Below are positions 21,688-31,201 of a stretch of 64,000 nucleotides of DNA, piece after piece (the stretch's first letter is position 1; each line of letters starts with the position of its first letter). The DNA comes from a bacterium (GTDB taxonomy: Bacteria; SZUA-182; DTGQ01; JAFGSM01), in the NCBI GenBank assembly GCA_049472315.1, contig JBLIRN010000009.1:1-64000 (forward strand). Direction: 5' to 3'. The translations under genes were made by a program, and so were the position numbers. The notes below the pieces were generated by a model, which was given only the letters and a program-made list of their open reading frames with translations, ran no database searches and was not told where the DNA came from.

Positions 21688-21716
21688 ATTCTACCTTCTT
21701 CTGGCTAAAAAATCAA
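21688..21716 (-). promoter_or_regulatory. sigma70 promoter of the TA pair
   Basis: TTGATT-N17-TAGAAT on minus strand. Confidence 0.55.
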
Positions 21717-21819
21717 AAAATCCCTTGTTTTACTTAACTCTCGTCCTTCATTATATTTGGAGCCGCATGGACGATAGATGGAAATGATGTTTACGTGGGC
21801 CTTTTCGGTGTCCCGAAGA

Positions 21820-21978
21820 TCAGTTTACTGACAGGCGTCTTACAAGCAAGGCCACATCCCCGCCCCGCCTGCCGCGACAGATGTGCAGTTCATCAAGCAC
21901 GAGAAATTTGAGATTGCGGGCCGCCTTGATGATCTTTTTCTTGTAAGGCCTTGTGAGAATCAGCTCGGCCATCACATA
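21820..21978 (-). pseudogene. Remnant of a large DEAD/DEAH-box (DUF1998-type) SF2 helicase
   Basis: Hand translation: YVMAELILTRPYKKKIIKAARNLKFLVLDELHICRGRRGGDVALLVRRLSVN*, covering motifs Ib-II (TNY.MLE..L.R / LVLDELHTYRGRQGADVA.L.RR). Confidence 0.75.
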
Positions 21979-22073
21979 AACGGATACAGCCTTTTCAACT
22001 GTCTTTTTACAGGCAATTTGATATGGTTGTGCATGATGGAATCCCTGTTTTAGTGGTATGAATACCGAACAGC

Positions 22074-22253
22074 ATGAATATTGTTCCTTTTAACAATGCC
22101 CTGTTTCCGAGGAAATTGCTGGATGCCGGAACGCTGAAACAGGCGGGGGTGGATATGGTGCTGCAGCCGTTTATCGATGCGGCCAAGAAAGCGGCCCAGA
22201 AGTTGATAAAGGGCATGGTGATGGGTCAGCATCATCATGACCGGCAGGTATAA
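22074..22253 (+). pseudogene. C-terminal remnant of a CPA2/Kef-type antiporter (TrkA-N tail)
   Basis: DAGTLKQAGVDMVLQPFIDAAKKAAQKL resembles the tail DA..L..AGAD.VL.PF.DAA. Confidence 0.5.
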
Positions 22254-22472
22254 CAGAGGGTGAAGAATTGCACCCATAAACCTGCATAATCCCTCATTTA
22301 ATGAGGTGAGGATGTTCCACACCATGTCTCTGATCCGGGAGACTGAAGGCGTCGTTGTGCACATGGCGGGCGGTCTTCCGATCATGCGCGAGGTGCGGAA
22401 GTCGATGGCAGTGCCTTATTGGCAAGTACGGATGGTGTTACGTGATTTTGGCAATGATCATGGGGAGGGTAT

Positions 22473-22880
22473 ATGTTTAAGTACGTGACATGGTTCGAGC
22501 AAATAGTAATCGCCGTGCTTATCTTCATGATGGCCGTAGTCGTGCTTCTGGCAACCGTTGAACTGGGATGGGAAATTGTGGAAGCCATGGCCGCCCCACC
22601 GCTACTCCTCCTTGGACTTGACCGAATATTGAATATCTTCGGCCTTTTCCTGTTGGTGCTCATCGGTATCGAACTGGTGGAAACGATCAAGGTCTTCTTT
22701 ACCGAAAGGGCCATACGCGTCGAAGTGGTCTTGATGGTCGGTATCATCGCCATCGCCCGGAAGGTTGTTGTCCTTGATATTAGACAGATATCGAGTTTGA
22801 CGTTGATCGGAATAGGTTTCATAGTCATAGCCCTGACTGCCGGCTACTACTTGATAAGGCTCAGCCACAAAAAACAGTAA
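22473..22880 (+). CDS. PsiE-family (phosphate-starvation-inducible) membrane protein
   Basis: Four TM helices, LLVLIGIELVETIK, VEVVLMVGIIAIARKVVVLD; GGAGGG RBS. Confidence 0.85.
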   Translation: MFKYVTWFEQIVIAVLIFMMAVVVLLATVELGWEIVEAMAAPPLLLLGLDRILNIFGLFLLVLIGIELVETIKVFFTERAIRVEVVLMVGIIAIARKVVVLDIRQISSLTLIGIGFIVIALTAGYYLIRLSHKKQ

Positions 22881-23382
22881 GAAATAAAATACCCCGCTCA
22901 TAGGCGGTCTGCAGCGCTGCACGTTCGGCAAGTGTAATTGGGCCTTTTGGCTCTCCCTCCGTATGCTTTGAATTCGCTTTTACCATGTCCGTTGCCCCGC
23001 CTGTATTCACTCCTCGCTGCGATATCATAAGACTCTCTGAAACGGCCTTTCGGCCTCAATCCCGTTGAAATAGTTCCGTCCCTATTTCAAGAAGCTGGCA
23101 TCCATAGTTTAAAATTCCTTTTTGCCGGCTTGCACTCCGGATATCCACCGGCTATTATCTCGCATATGCAATTGCACATCAAATATTACCATAGCTCCGC
23201 AGTTGGAAGGTTTTACGGGAGGGGTCCGAGTTGAGAAAACCTTGCTGCGATTCATCCGCTTTCATGACACCTGCAGGGTTTTTCCTTGATGATACGATAA
23301 AATTGTGATAGACTTATCCGGTTTAGCTCATGATGTGCTCGGAGATGGGGCACCGTTATTGACACCTTATGCGACAGAATGG

Positions 23383-24270
23383 GTGAAAAGCAGCGTAACC
23401 ATTACATTGGCAAACAATGCCGGGTTTTGTTTCGGCGTTCAGCGGGCTGTGGATATCGCATTCAAGCTCGGGGCGCAGTATCCCGGTCGGGTCTTTACCA
23501 TAGGGCCGATTATTCATAATCCGAGCGTAGTCAAGCTCCTGGAGGAAAAATCGGTCCATATGGTCAACGATCTCGATGAGGTGGAGGAGGGGATCATCAT
23601 TGTTCGGTCCCACGGTCTGCCGCCCGCAATCATTGAGCAGGCAAAGGGAAAGGGATTATCCATTGTCGATGCAACCTGCCCCTTTGTAAAAAAGGTTCAG
23701 ACCTATGCGCTATCCCTCAGGCGGGAGGGATATCCCGTACTGCTCATAGGGGACAGGGAACATCCGGAAGTCCTGGCGATCAGGGGATATATAGAGGACG
23801 ATATTCTTATCTGCCAGAGCCCGAGGGATCTCACGAAATTGGCCGTTCCCAAAAGGCTTGGGGTGGTGGAGCAGACCACCCAGGATTATGAAAATTTCAA
23901 GGCCATCGTACTCAGACTCCTTGACGTGGTCAAGGACTTAAAGATATACAACACCATCTGTGACTCCACCATCGTACGGCGGCAGTCCGCACTCAAGCTT
24001 GCTAAAAGCGCGGATATGATGATTGTAATCGGGGGACGAAACAGCGCGAATACAAATCGTTTGGCAAGCATATGCCGATCAGTGAATAGTAAAACACACC
24101 TGATCGAAACCGCGGATGAATTGGATAGGGCATGGTTTAACGGGGTCAGGAAGGTCGGGATATCGGCCGGCGCCTCGACTCCCAAATGGCTCATTGATGA
24201 TGTGGTAAGCCATATGGATGCCCTTGTTCATCAAGAGATGTCTCGTGAAACCGGCGACAAAAGGTCATGA
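23383..24270 (+). CDS. ispH: 4-hydroxy-3-methylbut-2-enyl diphosphate reductase (start uncertain, GTG23383 chosen)
   Basis: AGFCFGVQRA, IIHN, RSHG, DATCPFV, HPEV, QTT, NTIC, SANT, SAGASTP. Confidence 0.95.
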   Translation: MKSSVTITLANNAGFCFGVQRAVDIAFKLGAQYPGRVFTIGPIIHNPSVVKLLEEKSVHMVNDLDEVEEGIIIVRSHGLPPAIIEQAKGKGLSIVDATCPFVKKVQTYALSLRREGYPVLLIGDREHPEVLAIRGYIEDDILICQSPRDLTKLAVPKRLGVVEQTTQDYENFKAIVLRLLDVVKDLKIYNTICDSTIVRRQSALKLAKSADMMIVIGGRNSANTNRLASICRSVNSKTHLIETADELDRAWFNGVRKVGISAGASTPKWLIDDVVSHMDALVHQEMSRETGDKRS

Positions 24271-24317
24271 GTATTTATGACCTATTTTTATAGTTACACA
24301 GGGGGTTCAGAAAACCT

Positions 24318-26318
24318 ATGAATTCAGAGGAACGGTTAGAAAACGAAGAGGCCATGCAGGAGGCGGCTGACACCACAGCGTTGAAAAAGGAGCAGTCGAA
24401 AGAAAAGCTGTCTCTGAGCAAGGATCCGAGCGTCATAGAGGAGGACGTCGATTTTGAAGACTCTGATGAGATGCTCGACGAGTCGGAGATCGATTATGAC
24501 GAATTATGCTCTCTCTATGAAAACACCATGGTCAACATAGAAGAGGGAGAGGTCGTCAAGGGGACCATAATAAAAATAACCGATAACGAGGTACTCATTG
24601 ACGTTGGTTATAAGTCTGAAGGCACCATCTCGCTCGATGAATTCAGAAAACACGGGGCCAAGGAGGACTTGAAGGTCGGTGATTCCATTGATGTTTACCT
24701 GGAAAGCATCGAGGATGCCGAAGGTCTGGTGGTCCTGTCCAAGGAAAAGGCCGACAAGATACGGATTTGGGATGAGCTCAACAAGGCTTACGAAGACAAT
24801 GAGACGATACACGGCCGGGTCTTAAAGCGCATCAAGGGAGGACTCACCGTCGATATCGGCATCCCTGCGTTTCTTCCCGGTTCCCAGATAGACATACAGC
24901 CTGTTCGCGACCTCGATGCATTGAGGGATGAGCGAATCGAGGTAAAGATCATCAAATTGAATCGCAAGAGGGGAAACATCGTGGTGTCGCGGCGGGTTAT
25001 ACTCGAGGCCGAGCGCGTGCAAAAGCGGAAGGAGACCCTCAAGAACATCGTGGAAGGGAACATCATAAAGGGAATGGTTAAAAACATTACCGAATACGGC
25101 GCCTTTATCGATCTGGGCGGCATTGATGGATTGCTCCACGTCACGGATATGTCCTGGGGACGTATCAGGCATCCCTCCGAGCTCTTCATGATCGGTGACG
25201 AGGTGGAGGTAAAGGTACTCAAATTCGATCCGGAAACGGAGAAGGTCTCCCTCGGATTGAAGCAAAAGACCCCCGATCCATGGGAACGTGCCGATGAGAA
25301 ATATGTTGTTGGGAGCAGGATCAGGGGAAAGGTGGTCAGCCTTACGGATTACGGCGCCTTTGTCGAGCTTGAAGAGGGAGTCGAAGGGCTCATCCATGTA
25401 TCGGAAATGTCCTGGACCAGAAAGATTCGGCATCCCTCGCGCGTCGTGGCAATCGGCGATATTGTTGAGGTCATTGTTCTCGATGTCGACAAGGAGAGGA
25501 AAAGGATCTCGTTGGGCATGAAGCAGACGGAACCGAATCCCTGGCTCATTATTGAGAACAAATACGAGGTCGGATCGAAGATTTCCGGAAGGGTGCGAAA
25601 CATCACCGATTTCGGGGCGTTTGTTGAGTTGGAGGAGGGGATCGACGGCCTTATCCATATCTCCGATATGTCCTGGACCCAACGGGTAAAGCATCCCTCG
25701 GACATTTTGAAGAAGGGTGAGAAGGTCGAGGCGATCATTTTAAACATCGACAGCAAGAACGAGCGGTTATCGCTAGGGCTCAAGCAGCTCACGCCAAATC
25801 CCTGGCTGGAGGTGCCTCACAAATATCCCATCGGGTCTGACTGCGAATGTAAGGTAGTCAAGATCATCGACAATGGGGTCATCGTCTCGCTGGAAGAGGG
25901 GATCGACGGGTATATCCATGTATCGGAGATATCCGAGGAGGATATCAGCAGCCCCAAGGATGTGTTAAAGCTCGACGATACCATCAGGGCAAAGGTCATA
26001 CGCCTCGATCCAGATAACAAGAAGATTGGATTGAGCATACGGGCGTTTGAAAAGCAGCAGTCAAATGCCGAGATGTCCAAGTATATGAGTCAACCGGGGG
26101 AAAAGCTAAATCCAATTGATGCTGGACCCCTCAAGGAGATCATCGAGGCGCACGAGAAGGCAAAAAAGAAATCGGTGAAGGTGAAGCCCGTAAAAGAGGA
26201 AGCCACAACCGAGGAGCCCGAAACCGAGGAACCTGAAGCCGAGGAGCCTGAAACCGAAGAGCCCGAAGCCGAGGAACCCGAAGCCGAGGAGCCCGAGCCC
26301 AAGGAAGAAGAGGAGTAA
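24318..26318 (+). CDS. rpsA: 30S ribosomal protein S1 with acidic N- and C-terminal extensions
   Basis: Six S1 repeats (YGAFIDLGGIDGLLHVTDMSW, YGAFVELEEGVEGLIHVSEMSW...). Confidence 0.96.
   Translation: MNSEERLENEEAMQEAADTTALKKEQSKEKLSLSKDPSVIEEDVDFEDSDEMLDESEIDYDELCSLYENTMVNIEEGEVVKGTIIKITDNEVLIDVGYKSEGTISLDEFRKHGAKEDLKVGDSIDVYLESIEDAEGLVVLSKEKADKIRIWDELNKAYEDNETIHGRVLKRIKGGLTVDIGIPAFLPGSQIDIQPVRDLDALRDERIEVKIIKLNRKRGNIVVSRRVILEAERVQKRKETLKNIVEGNIIKGMVKNITEYGAFIDLGGIDGLLHVTDMSWGRIRHPSELFMIGDEVEVKVLKFDPETEKVSLGLKQKTPDPWERADEKYVVGSRIRGKVVSLTDYGAFVELEEGVEGLIHVSEMSWTRKIRHPSRVVAIGDIVEVIVLDVDKERKRISLGMKQTEPNPWLIIENKYEVGSKISGRVRNITDFGAFVELEEGIDGLIHISDMSWTQRVKHPSDILKKGEKVEAIILNIDSKNERLSLGLKQLTPNPWLEVPHKYPIGSDCECKVVKIIDNGVIVSLEEGIDGYIHVSEISEEDISSPKDVLKLDDTIRAKVIRLDPDNKKIGLSIRAFEKQQSNAEMSKYMSQPGEKLNPIDAGPLKEIIEAHEKAKKKSVKVKPVKEEATTEEPETEEPEAEEPETEEPEAEEPEAEEPEPKEEEE
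26196..26300 (+). repeat. Coding 15-bp tandem repeat, 6 units plus 1 degenerate (EEPET/EEPEA)
   Basis: gaggagcccgaaacc, gaggaacctgaagcc, gaggagcctgaaacc, gaagagcccgaagcc, gaggaacccgaagcc, gaggagcccgagccc. Confidence 0.9.
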
Positions 26319-26394
26319 TAATCCGCGCGCATGCGCGGGCATCCGGGGAGATAAAACAGCTTCGTCCGTGTATGCGGATGCGGCTGTATACAAT

Positions 26395-27279
26395 ATGCTT
26401 GCACCAGGCGTTAAAAGGGGTTTAATCTATTTGTTGGCAGCCCTTTGTGCCGTTTTCCTCCTGAGTGTTGTGGCCTCCGTTATGTTCGGCCTCTCGATCA
26501 CCGGCATGAAGTCAGGGAAAATCGGACTTATCAAGGTGGAGGGAATTATTGTCTCCTCCGGCTCGTTCATTGAGCAACTCAAGACATTCAGGGAGCAGGA
26601 TACCGTTCGCGCCCTCGTTGTGCGCATAGACAGCCCCGGCGGCAGTGTCGCCCCCTCCCAGGAGATATATCGTGAGTTGGTGAAGTTCAAGGAGGAAACA
26701 GGGAAAAAGGTCGTGGCATCAATGGCGAGCACCGCGGCATCGGGCGGCTATTATATCGCGTGTGCCGCGGACAAGATCGTAGCAAATCCCGGTACCCTTA
26801 CCGGAAGTATCGGTGTTATTGTAACGTTTCCCAATCTTGGCCGGCTTTTCGATAAGGTGGGATACGAAGAGCAGATTGTAAAAAGCGGAAGGTTCAAGGA
26901 CATCGGTTCCGCGTCCAGGGAACTGACTGAAGAGGAGCGAGCAATACTCCAGCGGGTCGTTGACGATATCCATGAACAGTTTATCGAGGCGGTATCCACG
27001 TCGCGCAACATCGATAAGGAGAATATCGCGTCGCTCGCCGATGGGCGTGTCTTTTCAGGACGACAGGCAATGGAGTTCAACCTGGTCGATTCTCTGGGTA
27101 CCTTGGAGGATGCGGTCGAGCTTGCCTCGGACCTTGCCGGAATCTCCGGCGAACCCAAGGTAGTCACCGTTAAAAAGGAACGCTCCCTCTTTGATATTGC
27201 CAGGGACCTCGTCGATCAGGTTTGCTCATTCAAGCCGTTTGAATATTCTCCGATCAAGGTGCAGTATATTCTTCCATAG
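26395..27279 (+). CDS. sppA: Signal peptide peptidase SppA (36K type)
   Basis: RIDSPGG, AASGGYYIA, TGSIGV, KSGRFKD, ADGRVFSG. Confidence 0.93.
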   Translation: MLAPGVKRGLIYLLAALCAVFLLSVVASVMFGLSITGMKSGKIGLIKVEGIIVSSGSFIEQLKTFREQDTVRALVVRIDSPGGSVAPSQEIYRELVKFKEETGKKVVASMASTAASGGYYIACAADKIVANPGTLTGSIGVIVTFPNLGRLFDKVGYEEQIVKSGRFKDIGSASRELTEEERAILQRVVDDIHEQFIEAVSTSRNIDKENIASLADGRVFSGRQAMEFNLVDSLGTLEDAVELASDLAGISGEPKVVTVKKERSLFDIARDLVDQVCSFKPFEYSPIKVQYILP

Positions 27280-27453
27280 GCGCAGCACTATGCCGTTCAC
27301 GGCACCCTCAGCAGGATCGTTATGGCATTGACAATGCCCAATAAGAGATCAGGAACAATGTGCGGATGCAGGCCCATTTCCGGGCGATTCCTGATTCGAT
27401 ATAAGGCTATTTTGGCACGGGGTTGTAAAACCTACACCTTTTGAGGAACATGC

Positions 27454-29118
27454 ATGAGGGATGTACTCATCGATGAATTATCCCGGGCGGTGCAAGCGGT
27501 TGTAATCGCGCATGGGAAGGCGCTCGATGCGAATGATCTTCCTATGGGCCTGGAACCCACCAAAAACCCTGAACACGGTGATCTTGCATCCAACGTAGCC
27601 TTTCCCTTGGCCAGAATCCTCGGCCTCAGGCCCATTCAGATTGCTCACACAATCGTGGAAGGGATCCGAATGGATAGCGGCCTCATCGACCGCATGTCCG
27701 TTGCTCCCCCCGGTTTTATTAACTTCACCTTATCCGACCGGTATTGGCACGGTATAATTCGGATGGTCCTCACCGAAGGTGATGCTTACGGTCGCTGCGC
27801 GATCGGCAAGGGTAAAAGGGTCCTGATCGAATTCGTGAGCGCAAACCCCACCGGGCCCCTTCATATTGGACATGGACGGTGTGCCGCCTTCGGGGACGTG
27901 CTGTCCAACCTCTGTGCGATTGCCGGATACGATGTGAAAAGGGAATATTACATAAACGACGCCGGCAGGCAGATGGATCTGTTGGGAAAATCCATTCTGT
28001 CACGATATATGCAGCGATTCGACGAGAACGCGCCGTTTCCCGAGGATGGCTATAAGGGTGATTACATCAAGGAGATTGCCGAGGAGATCTACCGGAGGGA
28101 TGGGGATATCTATGTGCACCGGCCCGAAGGGGAGTCCGTCTCCATCCTGACCCGCATGGCTGCGGAAAAAATACTTCAAATGATCAAGGAGGACTTACAG
28201 TCCTTCGGTATTGTTTTTGACCGATGGTTCAGCGAACAGTCACTCTACGATAGCGGCAAGGTCGCCTCCACGATCGAGCTTCTCAGAAAGCAGGGCTTTA
28301 TTTACGACCAGGATGGCGCCCAGTGGATGAAGGCCTCCTGTCTCGGCGATCAGAAGGACCGGGTCATCATTCGCTCAAACGGCGAACCAACCTATTTCGC
28401 GTCGGATATCGCCTATCATCATGATAAGTATCAGCGCGGATTCGATCGGACCATCGATATCTGGGGCGCTGACCATCACGGCTACGTCGACAGGATAAAG
28501 GCCGTGCTGAAGGCATTGGAGCATCCCGAGGATTCATTCTCCGCCCTGCTGGTGCAGATGGTAAAGTTGATGCGAAACGGCGCACAGATCGATATGTCAA
28601 CCAGACAGGGCACCTTTACCACCCTTGAGGAGGTGGTTAAGGAGGTGGGCCGGGATGCGGCCCGATTCTTTTTCCTTCTCAGACGGCATGACAGCCATCT
28701 TGATTTTGATCTGGACCTTGCCAAGGAACAATCCGCTAAAAATCCTGTATTCTATTGTCAATACGCGCATGCGCGCATCTGCAGCATTGAGAAAAAGGCC
28801 GCGGCCAAGGGAATCCCTCTCTCCGGCACGGATGCCGATTTCTCCCTGCTGCGGCTGGAGGAGGAAAGGGAAATCATCAAGAAATTGGACGCCTTTCCCT
28901 ATCTCCTCACCAGCGCAGTACAGGCATTGGAGCCTCACAAAATAACATTCTACCTTATAGAGCTTTCAACACTATTCCATAAGTATTATAATGCCCATAG
29001 GGTGGTCAGCCGTAATGCGCAGCTCACCCTGGCACGTATGCAGCTTATCGAGGCGGTGAAGATCGTCGTGCGAAACTGCCTGGCGCTTTTGGGCGTTTCG
29101 GCACCTGAAACAATGTAG
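27454..29118 (+). CDS. argS: Arginine--tRNA ligase
   Basis: EFVSANPTGPLHIGHGR, EYYINDAG, GADHHGY, MSTR, QYAHAR, LLGVSAPETM. Confidence 0.97.
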   Translation: MRDVLIDELSRAVQAVVIAHGKALDANDLPMGLEPTKNPEHGDLASNVAFPLARILGLRPIQIAHTIVEGIRMDSGLIDRMSVAPPGFINFTLSDRYWHGIIRMVLTEGDAYGRCAIGKGKRVLIEFVSANPTGPLHIGHGRCAAFGDVLSNLCAIAGYDVKREYYINDAGRQMDLLGKSILSRYMQRFDENAPFPEDGYKGDYIKEIAEEIYRRDGDIYVHRPEGESVSILTRMAAEKILQMIKEDLQSFGIVFDRWFSEQSLYDSGKVASTIELLRKQGFIYDQDGAQWMKASCLGDQKDRVIIRSNGEPTYFASDIAYHHDKYQRGFDRTIDIWGADHHGYVDRIKAVLKALEHPEDSFSALLVQMVKLMRNGAQIDMSTRQGTFTTLEEVVKEVGRDAARFFFLLRRHDSHLDFDLDLAKEQSAKNPVFYCQYAHARICSIEKKAAAKGIPLSGTDADFSLLRLEEEREIIKKLDAFPYLLTSAVQALEPHKITFYLIELSTLFHKYYNAHRVVSRNAQLTLARMQLIEAVKIVVRNCLALLGVSAPETM

Positions 29119-29125
29119 GGCATCC

Positions 29126-29719
29126 ATGGGGGAAAACGTCCCGAGAAAACTACAATTCGGCCAAATTTCCTGGATACGGGCCACGATACTCATACTCGGA
29201 TACATCGTGGTTTTCGGGCTGGGATGTGCGGTGGGGCTTCACTATGCGCAGAACCTCTATCTGCCCGGCAGGCAATCGGTCGGGGGACGAAAAATACCGG
29301 CAAAACCTGAAACCGTGGGGGGAAATCTTACCTTTTTTTACGACCTCAAAGGCGCTGCGAGGGAACGAGCCGGTCGCAAGGAAATAGAGACTCCCTCCTC
29401 CACGGCACGGGGGCCTCAAGAGGAAAATACGCAGGCCGAGGTGCGGAGGCCCCAGGTCAATGACGTTCATGATTCAACAGCCTCCGGTGGCTACACCATT
29501 CAGGTTTTTTCATTCAAATCCAGAGACATATCTGAACGCATGGTTGCGCAGCTTAAGGATAAAGGATACCCCGCGTATCAATCCACAATCGACCTGGGCT
29601 CCAATGGTATTTACCACCGCGTGCGTATAGGTCATTTCAAAACCAGATCGGACGCCGCCCAGGTGCTTGAGAAGGTTCTGACACGCGAGAACAAGGAAGC
29701 CTTTATTACAAGGGATTAG
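29126..29719 (+). CDS. SPOR-domain cell-division protein (FtsN/DedD-like)
   Basis: TM helix, LTFFYDL, C-terminal YTIQVFSF...YHRVRIGHF; typical position after argS. Confidence 0.82.
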   Translation: MGENVPRKLQFGQISWIRATILILGYIVVFGLGCAVGLHYAQNLYLPGRQSVGGRKIPAKPETVGGNLTFFYDLKGAARERAGRKEIETPSSTARGPQEENTQAEVRRPQVNDVHDSTASGGYTIQVFSFKSRDISERMVAQLKDKGYPAYQSTIDLGSNGIYHRVRIGHFKTRSDAAQVLEKVLTRENKEAFITRD

Positions 29720-29724
29720 CACCT

Positions 29725-30474
29725 ATGACAAAGCCAGGCGGAACCGACATTCCCCCCTTTAGCGACGTACTTATGCAGATAACCGGGTCATATTATCTCA
29801 TCCCCACCATAGAGAAATATTTTGGCAGGATCCTGGATGCGATAACCTGTGAGCTTTCCCTTGTTGCCTGTGCGGTGCGCTACGAATGCCCTTGCGGAGA
29901 CATCCTCTCCCTCACTCATTGTCCGAATGGGGCGGAGGAGTGCTCAAGGCAACGGGTCGCCGAACTCTCCGATGAGATCTTTAGAAAGAGTTCCGCGCCC
30001 CATAAGGAATCAACCCACTTCCTTTTCGATGGCTCCCTGGAGGCATATATTATACCAATACGCTGCGATTTCAGATCGTTCGGGATGCTGATTCTGTTCA
30101 ATGACACCAGCCTCTACGTGATTGATGACGGTCTGGCTGATTTGATCGGTGTCTATGTCACTGCGGCATGCATCGGCAACCATTACATTATGTCTCGCAC
30201 CGGCGTCCAGAAAAAGGCCTCTCGATCGAAGGGCGACCTGGTGATTTCCGTGAAAAGGCTCCTGGAATGGCGTATTCAGGAGATCAGTAACAGCCTTTGT
30301 TCCCAATTTGTTCCTGACCTCAATATATTCCAACGAATATCCGACGAGATGGAAAAAACCATTATCAAAACAGCCCTCGATCAGACAGGGATGAATCAAT
30401 CAAAGGCTGCGCGGTTTCTCGGAATCAACAGAAACACCCTTCGAAAAAAGATAAAGGAATTAGGGATATCCTAA
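29725..30474 (+). CDS. Fis-type HTH protein with N-terminal Cys-rich GAF-like region
   Basis: C-terminal EKTIIKTALDQTGMNQSKAARFLGINRNTLRKKIKELG; no AAA+ motifs. Confidence 0.7.
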   Translation: MTKPGGTDIPPFSDVLMQITGSYYLIPTIEKYFGRILDAITCELSLVACAVRYECPCGDILSLTHCPNGAEECSRQRVAELSDEIFRKSSAPHKESTHFLFDGSLEAYIIPIRCDFRSFGMLILFNDTSLYVIDDGLADLIGVYVTAACIGNHYIMSRTGVQKKASRSKGDLVISVKRLLEWRIQEISNSLCSQFVPDLNIFQRISDEMEKTIIKTALDQTGMNQSKAARFLGINRNTLRKKIKELGIS

Positions 30475-30481
30475 CCCATCC

Positions 30482-31192
30482 ATGCCCCTTAGATTAGATC
30501 AGTCATCAGACGGTTATCGATACTCGATTGATGCCTTTCTTCTTGCTGATTTCTGCACGGTCTCCCAAAATGCCACGATTCTCGACATAGGCTCGGGATG
30601 CGGGATTGTTTCCTTTCTCCTTGCCCGGCTTCATCCGGATGCCCGCATCTTCGGCATAGAGATCCAATCGGATCTGGTTAGGATAGCGGAGGAGAATTTG
30701 AAGATGAATGCGGGGCTGGGCAATATCCATTTTATTCACGGCGACATCCGAGACATCGCCCGCCTTTTTCCAGCAGGATCATGTGATATCGCGGTCTCCA
30801 ACCCGCCCTACCATCCCATAGGGAGCGGAAGGATCAACCCGCACCCGGAGCGGGCCTCGGCGCGGCACGAACTAAAGGGCGGGCTGGGTGATTTTATTCG
30901 GGCAGGATCCTCGGCCGTGCGCTCAGGGGGGCACTTCTACACCATATATACCGCGCATCGGACGGCCGAGCTTATTGATATGTGTAGGCGTTTTAAACTG
31001 GAGCCAAAGATGATGAGAACCGTCCATCCCCGTCCCGGTGCCGAGGCAAATCTTGTTTTGATGAAGGCAGCCAGGAATGGAAGGCCCGGACTCAGAATAC
31101 TCCCGCCGCTGTTTATATATGAAAAGGGTGGGGAATATTCCGAGGAATGCGCAGAGATAGCTGGAAAGTGGGATTTTGCCGGAGAGGGATGA
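30482..31192 (+). CDS. tRNA1(Val) adenine(37)-N6-methyltransferase-like (TrmN6/YfiC)
   Basis: GYRYSIDAFLLA, LDIGSGCG, NPPY, ARHE. Confidence 0.85.
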   Translation: MPLRLDQSSDGYRYSIDAFLLADFCTVSQNATILDIGSGCGIVSFLLARLHPDARIFGIEIQSDLVRIAEENLKMNAGLGNIHFIHGDIRDIARLFPAGSCDIAVSNPPYHPIGSGRINPHPERASARHELKGGLGDFIRAGSSAVRSGGHFYTIYTAHRTAELIDMCRRFKLEPKMMRTVHPRPGAEANLVLMKAARNGRPGLRILPPLFIYEKGGEYSEECAEIAGKWDFAGEG

Positions 31193-31201
31193 AGGGTATC
31201 C

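Noticed and set aside
22306..22488. 60-aa ORF upstream of psiE
   Set aside because: No recognisable motif and it overlaps the psiE start; cannot be supported without a search.
26323..26338. CCGCGC-GCAT-GCGCGG hairpin after rpsA as a terminator
   Set aside because: No U-tract, and sppA follows closely on the same strand.
27413..27428. TGGCACGGGGTTGT upstream of argS as a sigma54 promoter
   Set aside because: Spacing is one base short and the -12 GC is absent.
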